Origin: Acidobacteriota bacterium | GTDB taxonomy: Bacteria > Acidobacteriota > Polarisedimenticolia > JACPZX01 | NCBI GenBank assembly: GCA_016195325.1 | Contig: JACPZX010000019.1 | Coordinates: forward strand, 8,628 to 72,627 | Direction: 5' to 3' | DNA: 64,000 bases | In this document: one piece after another, positions 47,041 to 56,683 of the stretch | How positions within the stretch are numbered: position 1 is the stretch's first letter | Layout of the letters: every line of letters starts with the position of its first letter | Translations under genes and position numbers: made by a program | Notes under the pieces: model-generated | Seen by the model: the letters and a program-made list of their open reading frames with translations, nothing else | Database searches by the model: none | What the model was told of the DNA's origin: nothing

Positions 47041-48312
47041 GTGAGCGCGCCGCCGACCCCGCGCCCGGGTGGGGAAGCGGGCGACCTCGCGTCGTTGCGC
47101 ATCGATCGCGACGCCCTCGAAGTGCGCCGGGTGGGCGGCGGGTGGATCCGGTACGCCGTCGCCCTCGCGGTGGTCATCGCCCTCGCGCTCGCGGCGGTCG
47201 TCTCGTATCGCCGCTTCGTCGAGCCCCTCTCCATGCCGGAGGTCGAGATTGTCCGGGCCGAGGTCCTCGCCCCGGCCGCCGCGAACTCCCTTCTCACGGC
47301 GTCGGGTTACGTCGTCGCGCAGAGAAAGGCGGCGGTGACGACGAAGATCGCCGGCAGGCTCGTCGAACTGAAGGTGCGCGAGGGGAGCCGCGTGAAGGCG
47401 GGCGAGATGATCGCGCGCATCGAGAACCGCGACTACGAGGCGCAGCTCGACCAGTCGAAGCGGCAGCTCGAGGTCGCGCGCGCCGCGCGCGCGGAGGCGG
47501 TCGCCAGGGAGTACGCCTCCCGGCGCGAGCTCGAGCGGCAGACGCGCCTCCTCGCCGAGCGCGTCGCCAGCCAGAGCGGGTTCGACGCCGCCGAGGCGGC
47601 GCAGAAGATCGCCCTCGCGCAGATCGACTCGGCCTCCGCCGAGATCTCGCGTGCGGAGGGGGCGGTGACCGTCGCAGAGGTAAACCTGAGGAACACCTTC
47701 ATCATCGCCCCCTTCGACGGCGTCGTCACGACGAAGAGCGCCGACATCGGCGAGATCATCGCCCCCGTCTCGGTCGGCGGGCCGGCCTCTGGGAACAGCC
47801 TGGTCCAGATCGCCGACATGAGCAGCCTCGAGGCCGAGGTCGACATCAACGAGAGCCACATCAGCCGCCTCCACGAAGGGCAGCCGGCCACGATCGTCCT
47901 CGACGCGTACCCCGAGACCAGCTACCCCGGGCGCCTGAGGCAGATCGTCCCGACGGCCAATCGACAGAAGGCGACGATCCAGGGAAAGGTCGCCTTCGAC
48001 CGCAAGGGGGACGAGGTTCTCCCCGAGATGAGCGTGCGGGTCAACTTCCTCGAGGATCGCGCCGGGGGTGCCGCGGGCGCGGGGAAAGCGCGCGTCTTCG
48101 CCCCCGCCTCGGCGATCACGACCCGCGACGGCGCCCCCGCCGCGGTCGTCGTCAGGGACGGCCGCGCGTCGGTCGTCGCCGTGAAGCTCGGCCCCGAGGT
48201 GGACGGCCGACTCGAGATCACGTCGGGGCTCGCCGGGGGCGAATCGCTGGTGGTCAACCCCACGGACCAGATCCGGGAAGGGACGCGCGTCCGGCTCCGC
48301 TCGAAGAGCTGA
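47041..48312 (+). CDS. efflux transporter periplasmic adaptor subunit (HlyD/MacA-type membrane fusion protein)
   Basis: GTG start. TM anchor IRYAVALAVVIALALAAVV. Lipoyl-like hairpin VTTKIAGRLVELKVREGSRVKAGEMIARIE..IIAPFDGVVT, and a long coiled coil. Confidence 0.85.
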   Translation: MSAPPTPRPGGEAGDLASLRIDRDALEVRRVGGGWIRYAVALAVVIALALAAVVSYRRFVEPLSMPEVEIVRAEVLAPAAANSLLTASGYVVAQRKAAVTTKIAGRLVELKVREGSRVKAGEMIARIENRDYEAQLDQSKRQLEVARAARAEAVAREYASRRELERQTRLLAERVASQSGFDAAEAAQKIALAQIDSASAEISRAEGAVTVAEVNLRNTFIIAPFDGVVTTKSADIGEIIAPVSVGGPASGNSLVQIADMSSLEAEVDINESHISRLHEGQPATIVLDAYPETSYPGRLRQIVPTANRQKATIQGKVAFDRKGDEVLPEMSVRVNFLEDRAGGAAGAGKARVFAPASAITTRDGAPAAVVVRDGRASVVAVKLGPEVDGRLEITSGLAGGESLVVNPTDQIREGTRVRLRSKS

Positions 48313-48327
48313 GGCGCGCGCTCAGGG

Positions 48328-49593
48328 ATGCGGCTCTCAGAGCACGAGACGCTGACGGGCCGGCACTACGTCATCCTGGGGATGGCCTGGGCCGGGTGGC
48401 TCTTCGACTTCTACGACCTGATCCTCTACTCGTTCCTGTACTCGTTCATCGGCGCCGATCTCGGGCTGACGAAGGCCGACCATGCCCTCGTGATGGGGGC
48501 CTCACTGGGCGCGACGGCCCTCGGCGGGCTCGTCTTCGGATTCCTCGCGGACCGATTCGGCAGGCGCGCGGTGCTGCAGTGGACGATCCTGGTCTACAGC
48601 GGCGGAGCGCTTCTCTGCGGCTTCGCGAACACCCTCCCGCAGCTCCTCGCCTTCCGCGCCCTCACCGGCCTCGGAGTCGGCGGCGAGTGGGCCGCCGGGC
48701 ACACGCTGATCGCGGAGACGTTCCCGCCCGCGAAGCGCGGGCGCTTCGGCGCGCTCATGCAGACGGGCGCGCCCCTCGGCGTCGGGCTCGCGGCCCTCGT
48801 CGGGTCGTTCGTGGCGCCCGCCATCGGGTGGCGCGCCACCTTCATCCTCTCGGCGACCCCGGCCATCCTCGTGACGATGATCCGGCGGCACATGCCCGAG
48901 TCGGATCTCTGGCTTGCATCGCGCGCGCGGGCGCCGTGGACGCCCCTCGAGGATCTTCGCGAAGTCCTCTTCGGCTCGCTCGCCTGGACGTCGTTCCGCG
49001 CCTTCGTCCTGACCGCCTGCAACATGTCGTCGTACTGGTTCACGAGCATCTGGCTCCCCGCCTACCTCCGCGAGGAGCGCGGGATGTCCGTCGCGAAGTC
49101 GGGGCTGTGGATCCTCGTCATCGTGAGCGGCGAGCTGGTGGGGTACGCGACCTTCGGCTTCGTCTCCGACCGTTTCGGCAGGAAGCGCTCGTACGCGCTC
49201 TACGCCGGGGTGATGTCGATCGGCCTCGTGATGATCACGGTCGCCTGGAATCTCATCGCCGGGCAGCCGTTCCTGATCCTGATCTTCATGGCGGTCGTCG
49301 GCATCGGCACCGGGACGTGGTCGAACTTCGGCCCGTACTACTCGGAGCTCTTCCCCACGCACCTCAGGAACACCGGCGTGGGCGCCGTCTTCAACGCCGC
49401 GCGGGGGATCCAGTTCGTGACCCCCATCGTCATCGAGCGCGTCTCGCACGCGTGGGGGCTCGCCGGGGGGATCTCCCTCGCCGCCGCGTTCAGCGCCGCC
49501 GGGGCGATCTGGGTCTTCACGCTCCCCGAGACGCGAGGGCGCGTGCTGACCGTCACGGAGCGCGGCTCGGCCGGATCGCTCGATTCCCCTTGA
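48328..49593 (+). CDS. MFS transporter
   Basis: 12 hydrophobic segments. MFS motif A-like GFLADRFGRR. LAFRALTGLGVGGEW. Confidence 0.85.
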   Translation: MRLSEHETLTGRHYVILGMAWAGWLFDFYDLILYSFLYSFIGADLGLTKADHALVMGASLGATALGGLVFGFLADRFGRRAVLQWTILVYSGGALLCGFANTLPQLLAFRALTGLGVGGEWAAGHTLIAETFPPAKRGRFGALMQTGAPLGVGLAALVGSFVAPAIGWRATFILSATPAILVTMIRRHMPESDLWLASRARAPWTPLEDLREVLFGSLAWTSFRAFVLTACNMSSYWFTSIWLPAYLREERGMSVAKSGLWILVIVSGELVGYATFGFVSDRFGRKRSYALYAGVMSIGLVMITVAWNLIAGQPFLILIFMAVVGIGTGTWSNFGPYYSELFPTHLRNTGVGAVFNAARGIQFVTPIVIERVSHAWGLAGGISLAAAFSAAGAIWVFTLPETRGRVLTVTERGSAGSLDSP

Positions 49594-49711
49594 CCGGCGC
49601 GGGCTCTTGGGTGTATAAGCAGCGCAACTGTTCGCGCGGCCTCATGGGGGTGCGGCCGGGTGACAGATGGAGCGCGCGCAGACGCCCCGCGTCCCTGGCG
49701 CGTGAATTCCC

Positions 49712-50089
49712 ATGCCCCCGCGTGCCCCGGCCAAGCCCCCCGACTCCCCGCTTCCGATCGAGCCGCGGCGCATCGAGAGGTGCCCGTACTGCGGGAAAGA
49801 CCGCGCCATCCTCACCGTCAAGGAAGCCACCGAGCTCGCCACCGTGAACCGGAAGACCATCTCCCGCTGGATCAGGAGCGGCACGCTCGAGCACTGCGTC
49901 CTGCCGAGCGGCGCGGTGAGGATCTTCAAGGACAGCCTCATCCGGATTCCGGGTGTTCCCGGCGAGCACGATCACTCGGAGGGGGCGGGGGGCACCGCGA
50001 AGGCCACCCCCTCGCGCGCCGACGCCGCCTCCCCGTCGAGATCGAAGGCTCGGCGCCCGCTCGGACGGACGTCGTCTCAGCGACGGTAG
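49712..50089 (+). CDS. helix-turn-helix (excisionase/MerR-like) DNA-binding protein
   Basis: LTVKEATELATVNRKTISRWIRSGTLEHCVLPSGAVRIFKDSL is typical of excisionase-family HTH domains. The C-terminus is low-complexity. Confidence 0.6.
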   Translation: MPPRAPAKPPDSPLPIEPRRIERCPYCGKDRAILTVKEATELATVNRKTISRWIRSGTLEHCVLPSGAVRIFKDSLIRIPGVPGEHDHSEGAGGTAKATPSRADAASPSRSKARRPLGRTSSQRR

Positions 50090-50478
50090 GTCGCGACGGA
50101 GCTCTCCGTCTCCCAGACGCGGACCTCGGCGACCGGGAGGCCGTGCAAGGCGGCCGCGTCGAAGATCACCATCGCGATCGCCTCGGCGGTGGGGCTGACG
50201 TCCATCAGGAAGATCGGCTCGCCGAGATCCGTGAGCGGCTTCACGAGGGGATCGTCGCGGCGCAGGAGCATCCGGTGATCGAGGTGGGCGTCGACCCACC
50301 CCCTCACCTGATCGCCGATCTCGCTGAAGTCGGCGACCATGCCGCGCCGGTCGAGGGCTTCGGCCTCCAGGCGGATCTCGACGCGCGCGTTGTGGCCGTG
50401 GGCGTGCGCGCACTTCCCGTCGTAATCGAGAAGGCGGTGGCCGTAGGAGAAGAAGACGGTTTCGGAGACGGAATACAT
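50077..50478 (-). CDS. queD: 6-carboxy-5,6,7,8-tetrahydropterin synthase (6-pyruvoyl-tetrahydropterin synthase family)
   Basis: From ATG 50478. FSYGHRLLDYDGKCAHAHGHNARVEI..GMVADFSEI..LDHRML are the zinc-His and catalytic-Cys motifs of QueD/PTPS. Confidence 0.8.
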   Translation of the reverse strand: MYSVSETVFFSYGHRLLDYDGKCAHAHGHNARVEIRLEAEALDRRGMVADFSEIGDQVRGWVDAHLDHRMLLRRDDPLVKPLTDLGEPIFLMDVSPTAEAIAMVIFDAAALHGLPVAEVRVWETESSVATYRR

Positions 50479-50629
50479 GGCGGCGGCCACGCTAACACAC
50501 CCCCTGAGGGCCGGGCCATCGAGCGGGCGCCGCTGTTGACCGGTCCGGAAAGGCGGGGGTAGACTCGCCTCGAGCCCGCGCCATCGCCCATCACCCTCCT
50601 CCCGCCGCGTTCCGCGGACCGAGAAGCCC

Positions 50630-51670
50630 ATGCGCGCCATCGTGAAGGAAAAGAAAGCCACCGGGCTCACACTCGCGGAGATGCCGGCGCCGAAGGTCGG
50701 ACCCGGCGACGTCCTCATCCGGGTGAAGCGCGTCGGGCTCTGCGGCACCGACCTCCACATCTACCATTGGAACGCGTGGGCCGAGCGGCGCATCCATCCC
50801 CCTCTCGTCATCGGCCACGAGTTCGCGGGGGTCGTCGAGGACGTGGGGTCGATGGTGACCGGCTTCACCCCCGGCGAGAAGGTCACGGCCGAAGGGCACA
50901 TCGCCTGCGGCGCCTGCTTCCAGTGCCGCACGGGGCTCGGGCACATCTGCCGGAAGGTGAAGATCATCGGGGTGGACGTCCACGGCGCCTTCGCCGATCT
51001 CATCGCGATGCCGGCCGGAAACGTCTGGAAGATCGATCCACAGATCTCCCTCGATGTCGCGGCGTTGCACGATCCTCTCGGGAACGCATTCCACACGGTC
51101 ATGTCGAGCGACGTCCGCGGCAAGCGCGTCCTCGTCCTGGGGAGCGGACCGATCGGCCTCTTCTGCGTCGCCATCGCGCGCGCGTCGGGGGCCGCCCGGG
51201 TCATCGCCTCGGAGATCGCGCCGGGCCGGCGGGCGATGGCGGCGAAGATGGGGGCGCACCGGACGATCGATCCGACGGCGGAGTCGGTGCCGGACGTCGT
51301 GCGCGAGGAGACGGAGGGGGCCGGGGCCGACGTCGTCCTCGAGATGTCGGGGAACCCCCAGGCGATCCGCCAGGCGCTGAAGGCGGCGCGCGACGGGGCC
51401 GACGTCTCGCTCCTTGGCCTTCCCGGCGAGGAGGTCCCGATCGACGTCACGAACGACGTGATCTTCAAGGGGATCACGCTGCGCGGCATCGTCGGCCGGC
51501 GCATGTACGACACGTGGTACCAGATGCGCTCGTTCCTCCTCGCGGGGCTCATCGATCCGACGGTGGTCATCACGCACCGGTTCGCGATGATCGAGGTCGA
51601 GTCGGCGATGCAGGCGATCGCGGGCGGGGCGGGAAAAGTGCTGTTCAATCTCGAGGAGATGCCGCGATGA
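50630..51670 (+). CDS. tdh: L-threonine 3-dehydrogenase
   Basis: 346 aa. VGLCGTDLHIYHWNAWAE..VIGHEFAGVV..GHIACGACFQCRTG..LVLGSGPIGL. Followed by kbl with an ATGA overlap. Confidence 0.9.
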   Translation: MRAIVKEKKATGLTLAEMPAPKVGPGDVLIRVKRVGLCGTDLHIYHWNAWAERRIHPPLVIGHEFAGVVEDVGSMVTGFTPGEKVTAEGHIACGACFQCRTGLGHICRKVKIIGVDVHGAFADLIAMPAGNVWKIDPQISLDVAALHDPLGNAFHTVMSSDVRGKRVLVLGSGPIGLFCVAIARASGAARVIASEIAPGRRAMAAKMGAHRTIDPTAESVPDVVREETEGAGADVVLEMSGNPQAIRQALKAARDGADVSLLGLPGEEVPIDVTNDVIFKGITLRGIVGRRMYDTWYQMRSFLLAGLIDPTVVITHRFAMIEVESAMQAIAGGAGKVLFNLEEMPR

Positions 51671-52857
51671 ACCAGGCTTTTCGGGCCCGGCTGGACGGGG
51701 AGCTGCAGGGCTTCAAGGCGGCGGGCGTCTACAAGAAACTCAACCACATCGAGTCGCCGCAGGCGCCGTGGGTGCAGATGGAGGGGCGGGGAAAGGTGCT
51801 CGTCCTCTCCTCGAACAACTACCTCGGCCTCGCCGCCGAGCCCGACGTCGTCGAGGCCGGGAAGAACGCCCTCGCCACGTACGGCGCGGGCACCGCCTCG
51901 GTGCGCTTCATATGCGGGACCTTCGCGGTCCACCGCGCCCTCGAGCACGAGATCGCCCTCTTCCTCGGGACCGAGTCGGCCCTCAGCTACGTCTCCTGCT
52001 GGAACGCGAACACGGGGCTGACGGCGACCTTCCTCGGCGAGGAGGACGTCCTCATCTCCGACGAGCTGAACCACGCCAGCATCATCGACGGCGTGCGCGC
52101 CACGAAGACGAACCGCAAGGTCTACAAGCACTCCGACATGAAAGAGCTCGAGGCGCACCTCGTCGCGGCGAAGTCCGCCCGCCACCGCTTCATCTTCACC
52201 GACGGCGTCTTCAGCATGGAGGGAGATCTCTGCCGCCTCCCCGACATCATGGATCTCGCGCGCCGCCACGACGCGATCGTCGCCGTGGACGACTCGCACG
52301 GCACGGGGGTCATGGGGCGGAGCGGGCGCGGCGTCCCCGAGCACTTCGGCGTGCACGGCCTCGTGGACGTCATCACCTCGACGCTCGGGAAGGCCCTCGG
52401 CGGTGCGGCGGGCGGCTTCACGGCGGGGCCCCTGGCCCTCACCGACTACCTCACGCAGCGCTCCCGGCCGCAGCTCTTCAGCAACGCGCTGCCGCCGACG
52501 GTCGCGGGCTCGGCCCTCGCCGCGATCAAGTTCGTCCAGACGCACCCCGAGCGGGTCGAGACGCTCCGCTCGAACGCAACGTACTTCAGGGAGAAGCTGG
52601 TGGAGTCGGGGTTGAAGCCCCTCGCGGGGGAGACGCCGATCGTGCCGATCCTCGTCGGCGAGACGGCGCTCGCCATCAAGATGAGCGAGCGGCTGCTGGA
52701 GGAGAAGGTCTTCGTGACCGGCTTCGGCTTCCCGGTCGTCCCCCAGGGGCACGCGCGCCTGAGGTGCCAGGTCTCGGCGGCCCACACGCGGGACGATCTC
52801 GACTTCGCGCTGGCCGCGCTCGTGAAGATCGCCCGCGAGGTGGGGGTGCTCCGGTAG
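51667..52857 (+). CDS. kbl: glycine C-acetyltransferase (2-amino-3-ketobutyrate CoA ligase)
   Basis: In-frame 3' part of ORF 50767..52857 from ATG 51667. SSNNYLGL, DELNHASIIDG, DDSHGTG and the PLP-lysine region STLGKALGG. Confidence 0.9.
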   Translation: MNQAFRARLDGELQGFKAAGVYKKLNHIESPQAPWVQMEGRGKVLVLSSNNYLGLAAEPDVVEAGKNALATYGAGTASVRFICGTFAVHRALEHEIALFLGTESALSYVSCWNANTGLTATFLGEEDVLISDELNHASIIDGVRATKTNRKVYKHSDMKELEAHLVAAKSARHRFIFTDGVFSMEGDLCRLPDIMDLARRHDAIVAVDDSHGTGVMGRSGRGVPEHFGVHGLVDVITSTLGKALGGAAGGFTAGPLALTDYLTQRSRPQLFSNALPPTVAGSALAAIKFVQTHPERVETLRSNATYFREKLVESGLKPLAGETPIVPILVGETALAIKMSERLLEEKVFVTGFGFPVVPQGHARLRCQVSAAHTRDDLDFALAALVKIAREVGVLR

Positions 52858-52861
52858 GTCG

Positions 52862-52900
52862 ACCTTGAAATCTCGGTGGACCACGCTGAGATTTCAAGGT
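52862..52900. repeat. 13-bp perfect inverted repeat ACCTTGAAATCTC-N13-GAGATTTCAAGGT
   Basis: Arms at 52862-52874 and 52888-52900. It is AT-rich for this genome and lies between the kbl stop (52857) and GTG 52912. No flanking T-run on either strand. Confidence 0.8.
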
Positions 52901-52911
52901 AAGCTTGCGGC

Positions 52912-54072
52912 GTGATCGAGCGCTCACGGCACGTCCGGAACCTCCTGGGACTCCTCTCCCGCCACCGCGTCGTGGCGATTCTCGGCGCCCGGCAGGTCGG
53001 CAAGACGACGCTCGCCCGGCGAGTCGTGGCCGGGTGGGATGGGCCCGCGACGTACTTCGACCTCGAGAAATTCGAGGACGTGGCCCGCCTGGACGACCCC
53101 ATGCTCGCCCTCGGCGGGCGACGGGGCCTGATCGTGCTCGACGAGATCCAGAAGCGGCCGGACCTTTTCCCCGCCCTTCGGGTCCTCGCGGACCGCCGCC
53201 CCGCGCCGGCCCGGTTCCTCGTGCTCGGAAGCGCCTCGCCCGAGTTGCTCAGACAGAGCTCCGAGTCTCTCGCCGGACGGATCGTGTTCCAGGAACTCCA
53301 CGGTTTTTCGGCGGACGAGGTCGGCGCGGCGAATCTCGAGCGCCTCTGGGCGCGCGGCGGCTTCCCCCGCTCTTACACCGCGCGCACCATCGGCCAGAGC
53401 GCGGAGTGGCGGCGCGCCTTCGTCCAGACGTTCCTCGAGAGGGACCTGCCGGCTTCCGGCCTGTCGTTCGACGGCGCGACGATGCGCCGGCTCTGGACCA
53501 TGCTGGCGCATTATCACGGGCAGATCTGGAACGCGTCGGAGTTCGCGCGGTCGTTCGGAGTCTCCGACACGACGATCCGTCGCTACCTCGACGCGCTGAC
53601 GTCGACGTTCGTCGTTCGGCAGCTCCTCCCCTGGCACGAGAACCTCGGCAAGCGCCAGGTGAAATCGCCCAAGGTCTTCATCGCCGACCCGGGGCTGCTC
53701 CACACGCTCCTGAACCTCCAGACAGTGGACGAGATCGAGCGGCACCCCAAGGCGGGGGCCTCATGGGAGGGGTTCGCGATGAGCGAGGTCGTCAGCAGAC
53801 TGGGAGCCCGCCGGGAGGAGTGCTTCTTCTGGGCGACGCACGCGGGAGCCGAGATCGATCTGCTCGTCGTGAGGGGCCGGCATCGTTACGGGTTCGAGTT
53901 CAAGCGCACCGTTGCGCCGCGCGTCACGCCCTCGATGACGATCGCTTCCCGGGACCTGCGGCTCACCCACCTCGACGTGATTCACGCGGGGCGCGAGACC
54001 TATCCGATGGCCCGAGGGATCCGAGCGCTTCCGCTCGCGCGAATCCTCTCGGGCCTTCGCAGGCTGAAGTAG
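52912..54072 (+). CDS. AAA-family ATPase with DUF4143 domain (paralog of 28001..29170)
   Basis: GTG start. Walker A is ILGARQVGKTTL and Walker B is LIVLDEIQKRPD. LLPWHENLGKRQVKSPKVFIADPGL. Confidence 0.8.
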   Translation: MIERSRHVRNLLGLLSRHRVVAILGARQVGKTTLARRVVAGWDGPATYFDLEKFEDVARLDDPMLALGGRRGLIVLDEIQKRPDLFPALRVLADRRPAPARFLVLGSASPELLRQSSESLAGRIVFQELHGFSADEVGAANLERLWARGGFPRSYTARTIGQSAEWRRAFVQTFLERDLPASGLSFDGATMRRLWTMLAHYHGQIWNASEFARSFGVSDTTIRRYLDALTSTFVVRQLLPWHENLGKRQVKSPKVFIADPGLLHTLLNLQTVDEIERHPKAGASWEGFAMSEVVSRLGARREECFFWATHAGAEIDLLVVRGRHRYGFEFKRTVAPRVTPSMTIASRDLRLTHLDVIHAGRETYPMARGIRALPLARILSGLRRLK

Positions 54073-54087
54073 TCGAGGCGCGCTCGC

Positions 54088-54756
54088 CTACTTCGTGAAC
54101 TTGAAGCAGCTTTGGTCGAGCGTGTAGCGCTTCTCCCAGTTCGGGTTCTTGTGGTCGTCCGCCTTGTTCGCGAGCATCTCGGAGGAGCCGGCGAGCTTGA
54201 AGCCGGCCTTCGTCGCCTCGGTCTTGATGACGTCGTCGGCGATCCGGTGCTGATCCTTGTCGCGCCCCTTGTCGGTGCGCGCGTCGACGACGCCGAAGAC
54301 GCCCGCGGGCTTGAGGGCCTTCTTCACGTTGTCGAGCACCTTAGCGAGCTGGTCCTCGGGGATGTCGTGGAAGTTGCGGATGGTGATCACGGCGTCCACG
54401 GATCCCTCCTTGAGCGAGGCGAGGCCGTCGGACTTCATGTGCTCGACGTTCGCGAGCGGGTTTGCCTTCAGCCGCGCGTCGAGCTTGTCGAAATTGTACG
54501 TCCCGATCGCGTAGACCTTTCCCTTCGGCCCGACGAGCTGGCTGAGAAGGTACGTGTTGTAGCCGTCGCCCGGGATGAAGTCGACGACGGTGTCCCCCGC
54601 CTTGATCCCCCAGTACGCGTACAGATCGTCGGGCTTGTTCGACGCGTCGCGATCCCTCTCCTCGGCCGTTCGTCCCGGGGCGTTCGGGTCGAGCTTCGCG
54701 TACGCGACCCCCGACACGAGCGCCACGGCGATCATCACTGCAGCCAGCTTCTTCAT
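54088..54756 (-). CDS. secreted class I SAM-dependent methyltransferase-like protein
   Basis: From ATG 54756 (GGAGGAAGAG upstream). Signal peptide MKKLAAVMIAVALVSGVAYA. VVDFIPGDGYNT motif I-like segment. VDAVITIRNFHD. Confidence 0.7.
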   Translation of the reverse strand: MKKLAAVMIAVALVSGVAYAKLDPNAPGRTAEERDRDASNKPDDLYAYWGIKAGDTVVDFIPGDGYNTYLLSQLVGPKGKVYAIGTYNFDKLDARLKANPLANVEHMKSDGLASLKEGSVDAVITIRNFHDIPEDQLAKVLDNVKKALKPAGVFGVVDARTDKGRDKDQHRIADDVIKTEATKAGFKLAGSSEMLANKADDHKNPNWEKRYTLDQSCFKFTK

Positions 54757-54856
54757 GAGCTCTTCCTCCAACGGTGCGGGCAACGATGTGGGACGGATGG
54801 CAGAAGGCGCACGGCCCCCTGCGGAACAACACGCGCGGCTTCCCCGGTATTCCCGG

Positions 54857-56381
54857 TCAGCCGGTGGTCAGCTTCCGGTACTTGATGCGGTGCGGCCGGT
54901 CGGCCTCGATGCCGAGGCGCTTCTTCCTGTCGACCTCGTAGTCCTGGTAGTTCCCCTCGAACCAGAAGGTCTTCGAGTCTCCTTCGAACGCGAGGATGTG
55001 CGTCGCGATCCGGTCGAGGAACCAGCGGTCGTGGCTGATGACGACGGCGCAGCCGCCGAAGTTGAGCAGAGCCTCCTCGAGCGCGCGCAGTGTGTCGACA
55101 TCGAGGTCGTTCGTCGGCTCGTCGAGAAGAAGGAGGTTCCCCCCCTTCCGGAGCGTCCGGGCGAGGTGGAAGCGGTTCATCTCGCCGCCCGACAGATCGG
55201 CGACGCGCTTCTGCTGGTCGGCCCCCTTGAAGTTGTACATCGCGCAGAAGGCGCGGCTGTTCATCGAGCGCTTGCCGAGCTGGACGACGTCGAGCCCGCC
55301 TGCGAGGGCGTCGTGGACCGTGACGTTCCCCTCGGGGCGCTCGCGCCCCTGATCGACGTACGCGGGGACGACCGTCTCGCCGACGGTCAGCTTCCCGCCG
55401 TCGGGCTTCTCGGTGCCGCGGCCCCGGCGGGATGTAGATCTCTCGCGTCTCGCTGCGCTCCTCGGCGTTCGACTCCTGGAGGAGCTGCTCGTAGGCGTTG
55501 AGGCGCGCCTTCCCCTTCGCCTGCCGCGCGCGCGGCGACATCCTTATCCAATCGAGCTCGCGCGCCAGCGTGCGCTGCCTCGCCGTTTCGGCCTTCTCCT
55601 CGTTGGCCAGCCTGTTCTGCTTCTGCTCGAGCCAGGAGGAGTAGTTTCCCTTCCACGGGATGCCTTCGCCCCGGTCGAGCTCGAGGATCCAGCCGGCGAC
55701 GTTGTCGAGGAAGTACCGGTCGTGGGTGACGGCGACGACGGTGCCCGGGAAGTCGTGGAGGTGCGTCTCGAGCCACGCCACCGACTCGGCGTCGAGGTGG
55801 TTCGTCGGCTCGTCCAGCAGAAGAAGGTCGGGCTTCATGAGGAGAACGCGGCAGAGCGCGACGCGACGGCGCTCACCGCCCGATATTTTCGTCACATCGG
55901 TGTCCGGCGCGGGACATCTCAGGGCGTCCATCGCCAGCTCGAGCGTCCGGTCGAGGTCCCAGCCGCCGGCCGCCTCGATGGCGTCCTGCACACGGCCGTA
56001 CTCGGCCATGAGCTTGTCCATCTCGTCGTCGGGGAGGGTCTCCCCCATCTTCTCGTTCAGCTCGTCGAAGCGCTTGAGGAGCTTCTTGACGTCGGCGGCC
56101 GCCTCCTCGACGTTCTCGAGGACCGTCTTCTTCGGGTCGAGGTAGGGGTCCTGCGCGAGGTAGCCGACGCGGATCCCCTCGGCGGGGACCGCCTCTCCGG
56201 CGAACTGCTTGTCCACGCCGGCCATGATCTTCAAGAGGGTCGACTTCCCGGCGCCGTTCAGCCCCAGGATGCCGATCTTCGCCCCCGGAAAGAACGACAG
56301 GTAGATCCCCTTGAGGATCTCCCGCTGCGGCGGGACGATCTTCCGCAGATTCTGCATCGTGTAGATGTACTGGTGTGCCAT
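54857..56381 (-). pseudogene. ettA: ABC-F translational throttle ATPase EttA, internally deleted and frameshifted at 55416/55417
   Basis: The N-part (frame of ORF 54753..56402, from ATG 56381) is MAHQYIYTMQNL..GLNGAGKST..LSGGERRRVALC..LLLDEPTNHLD..REIYIPPGPR. It then turns into an Arg-rich shadow. The C-part (frame of ORF 54857..55264 extended upstream) runs GTEKPDGGKLTVGETVVPAYVDQ..FNFKGADQQK..LSGGEMNR..LLLDEPTNDLD..RIKYRKL. About 51 codons expected between PPGPR and TEKPDGG are absent, including the second Walker A (GPNGAGKST). Confidence 0.75.
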
Positions 56382-56447
56382 AGGCGCGGGAGGATACTCC
56401 ACCGGCCGCCTTTCGCAAGCCTCCTCCCGCGGCCCCGGCGGCGGGCC

Positions 56448-56610
56448 TCATGGCGTCGGGGAAGACGGCCTCCGCGCGTGAAGTAATCGCGCTCGGCCTC
56501 GGCTTTGCTCGCCCACCCGTTCGGGCGGCGCCGGCGTTGTTTGATAGCAGGGGGCGCCAGCGCCCGATCGGGTACCCGGGCTCGTCCCAGACGCTTCCCC
56601 GACGCCATGA
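56448..56610 (-). repeat. structured intergenic element, copy B-left (reverse orientation)
   Basis: A 17-bp perfect terminal stem TCATGGCGTCGGGGAAG (56448-64) / CTTCCCCGACGCCATGA (56594-610). The reverse complement aligns block by block with copy A, including the identical 37-nt core. Confidence 0.8.
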
Positions 56611-56683
56611 TGCCCACCGCCGGTCACTCGATCGGCCCCGCTCGATGCGCCGCGTCAGCCGCATGGAACCCTGCCGCGCCGAC

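Noticed and set aside
55380-55440. Programmed ribosomal frameshifting as an explanation for the ettA frame break, and likewise for 12770-12785.
   Set aside because: A frameshift alone cannot restore the roughly 50 missing residues, which in ettA include an essential Walker A motif. No slippery heptamer is present at either junction.
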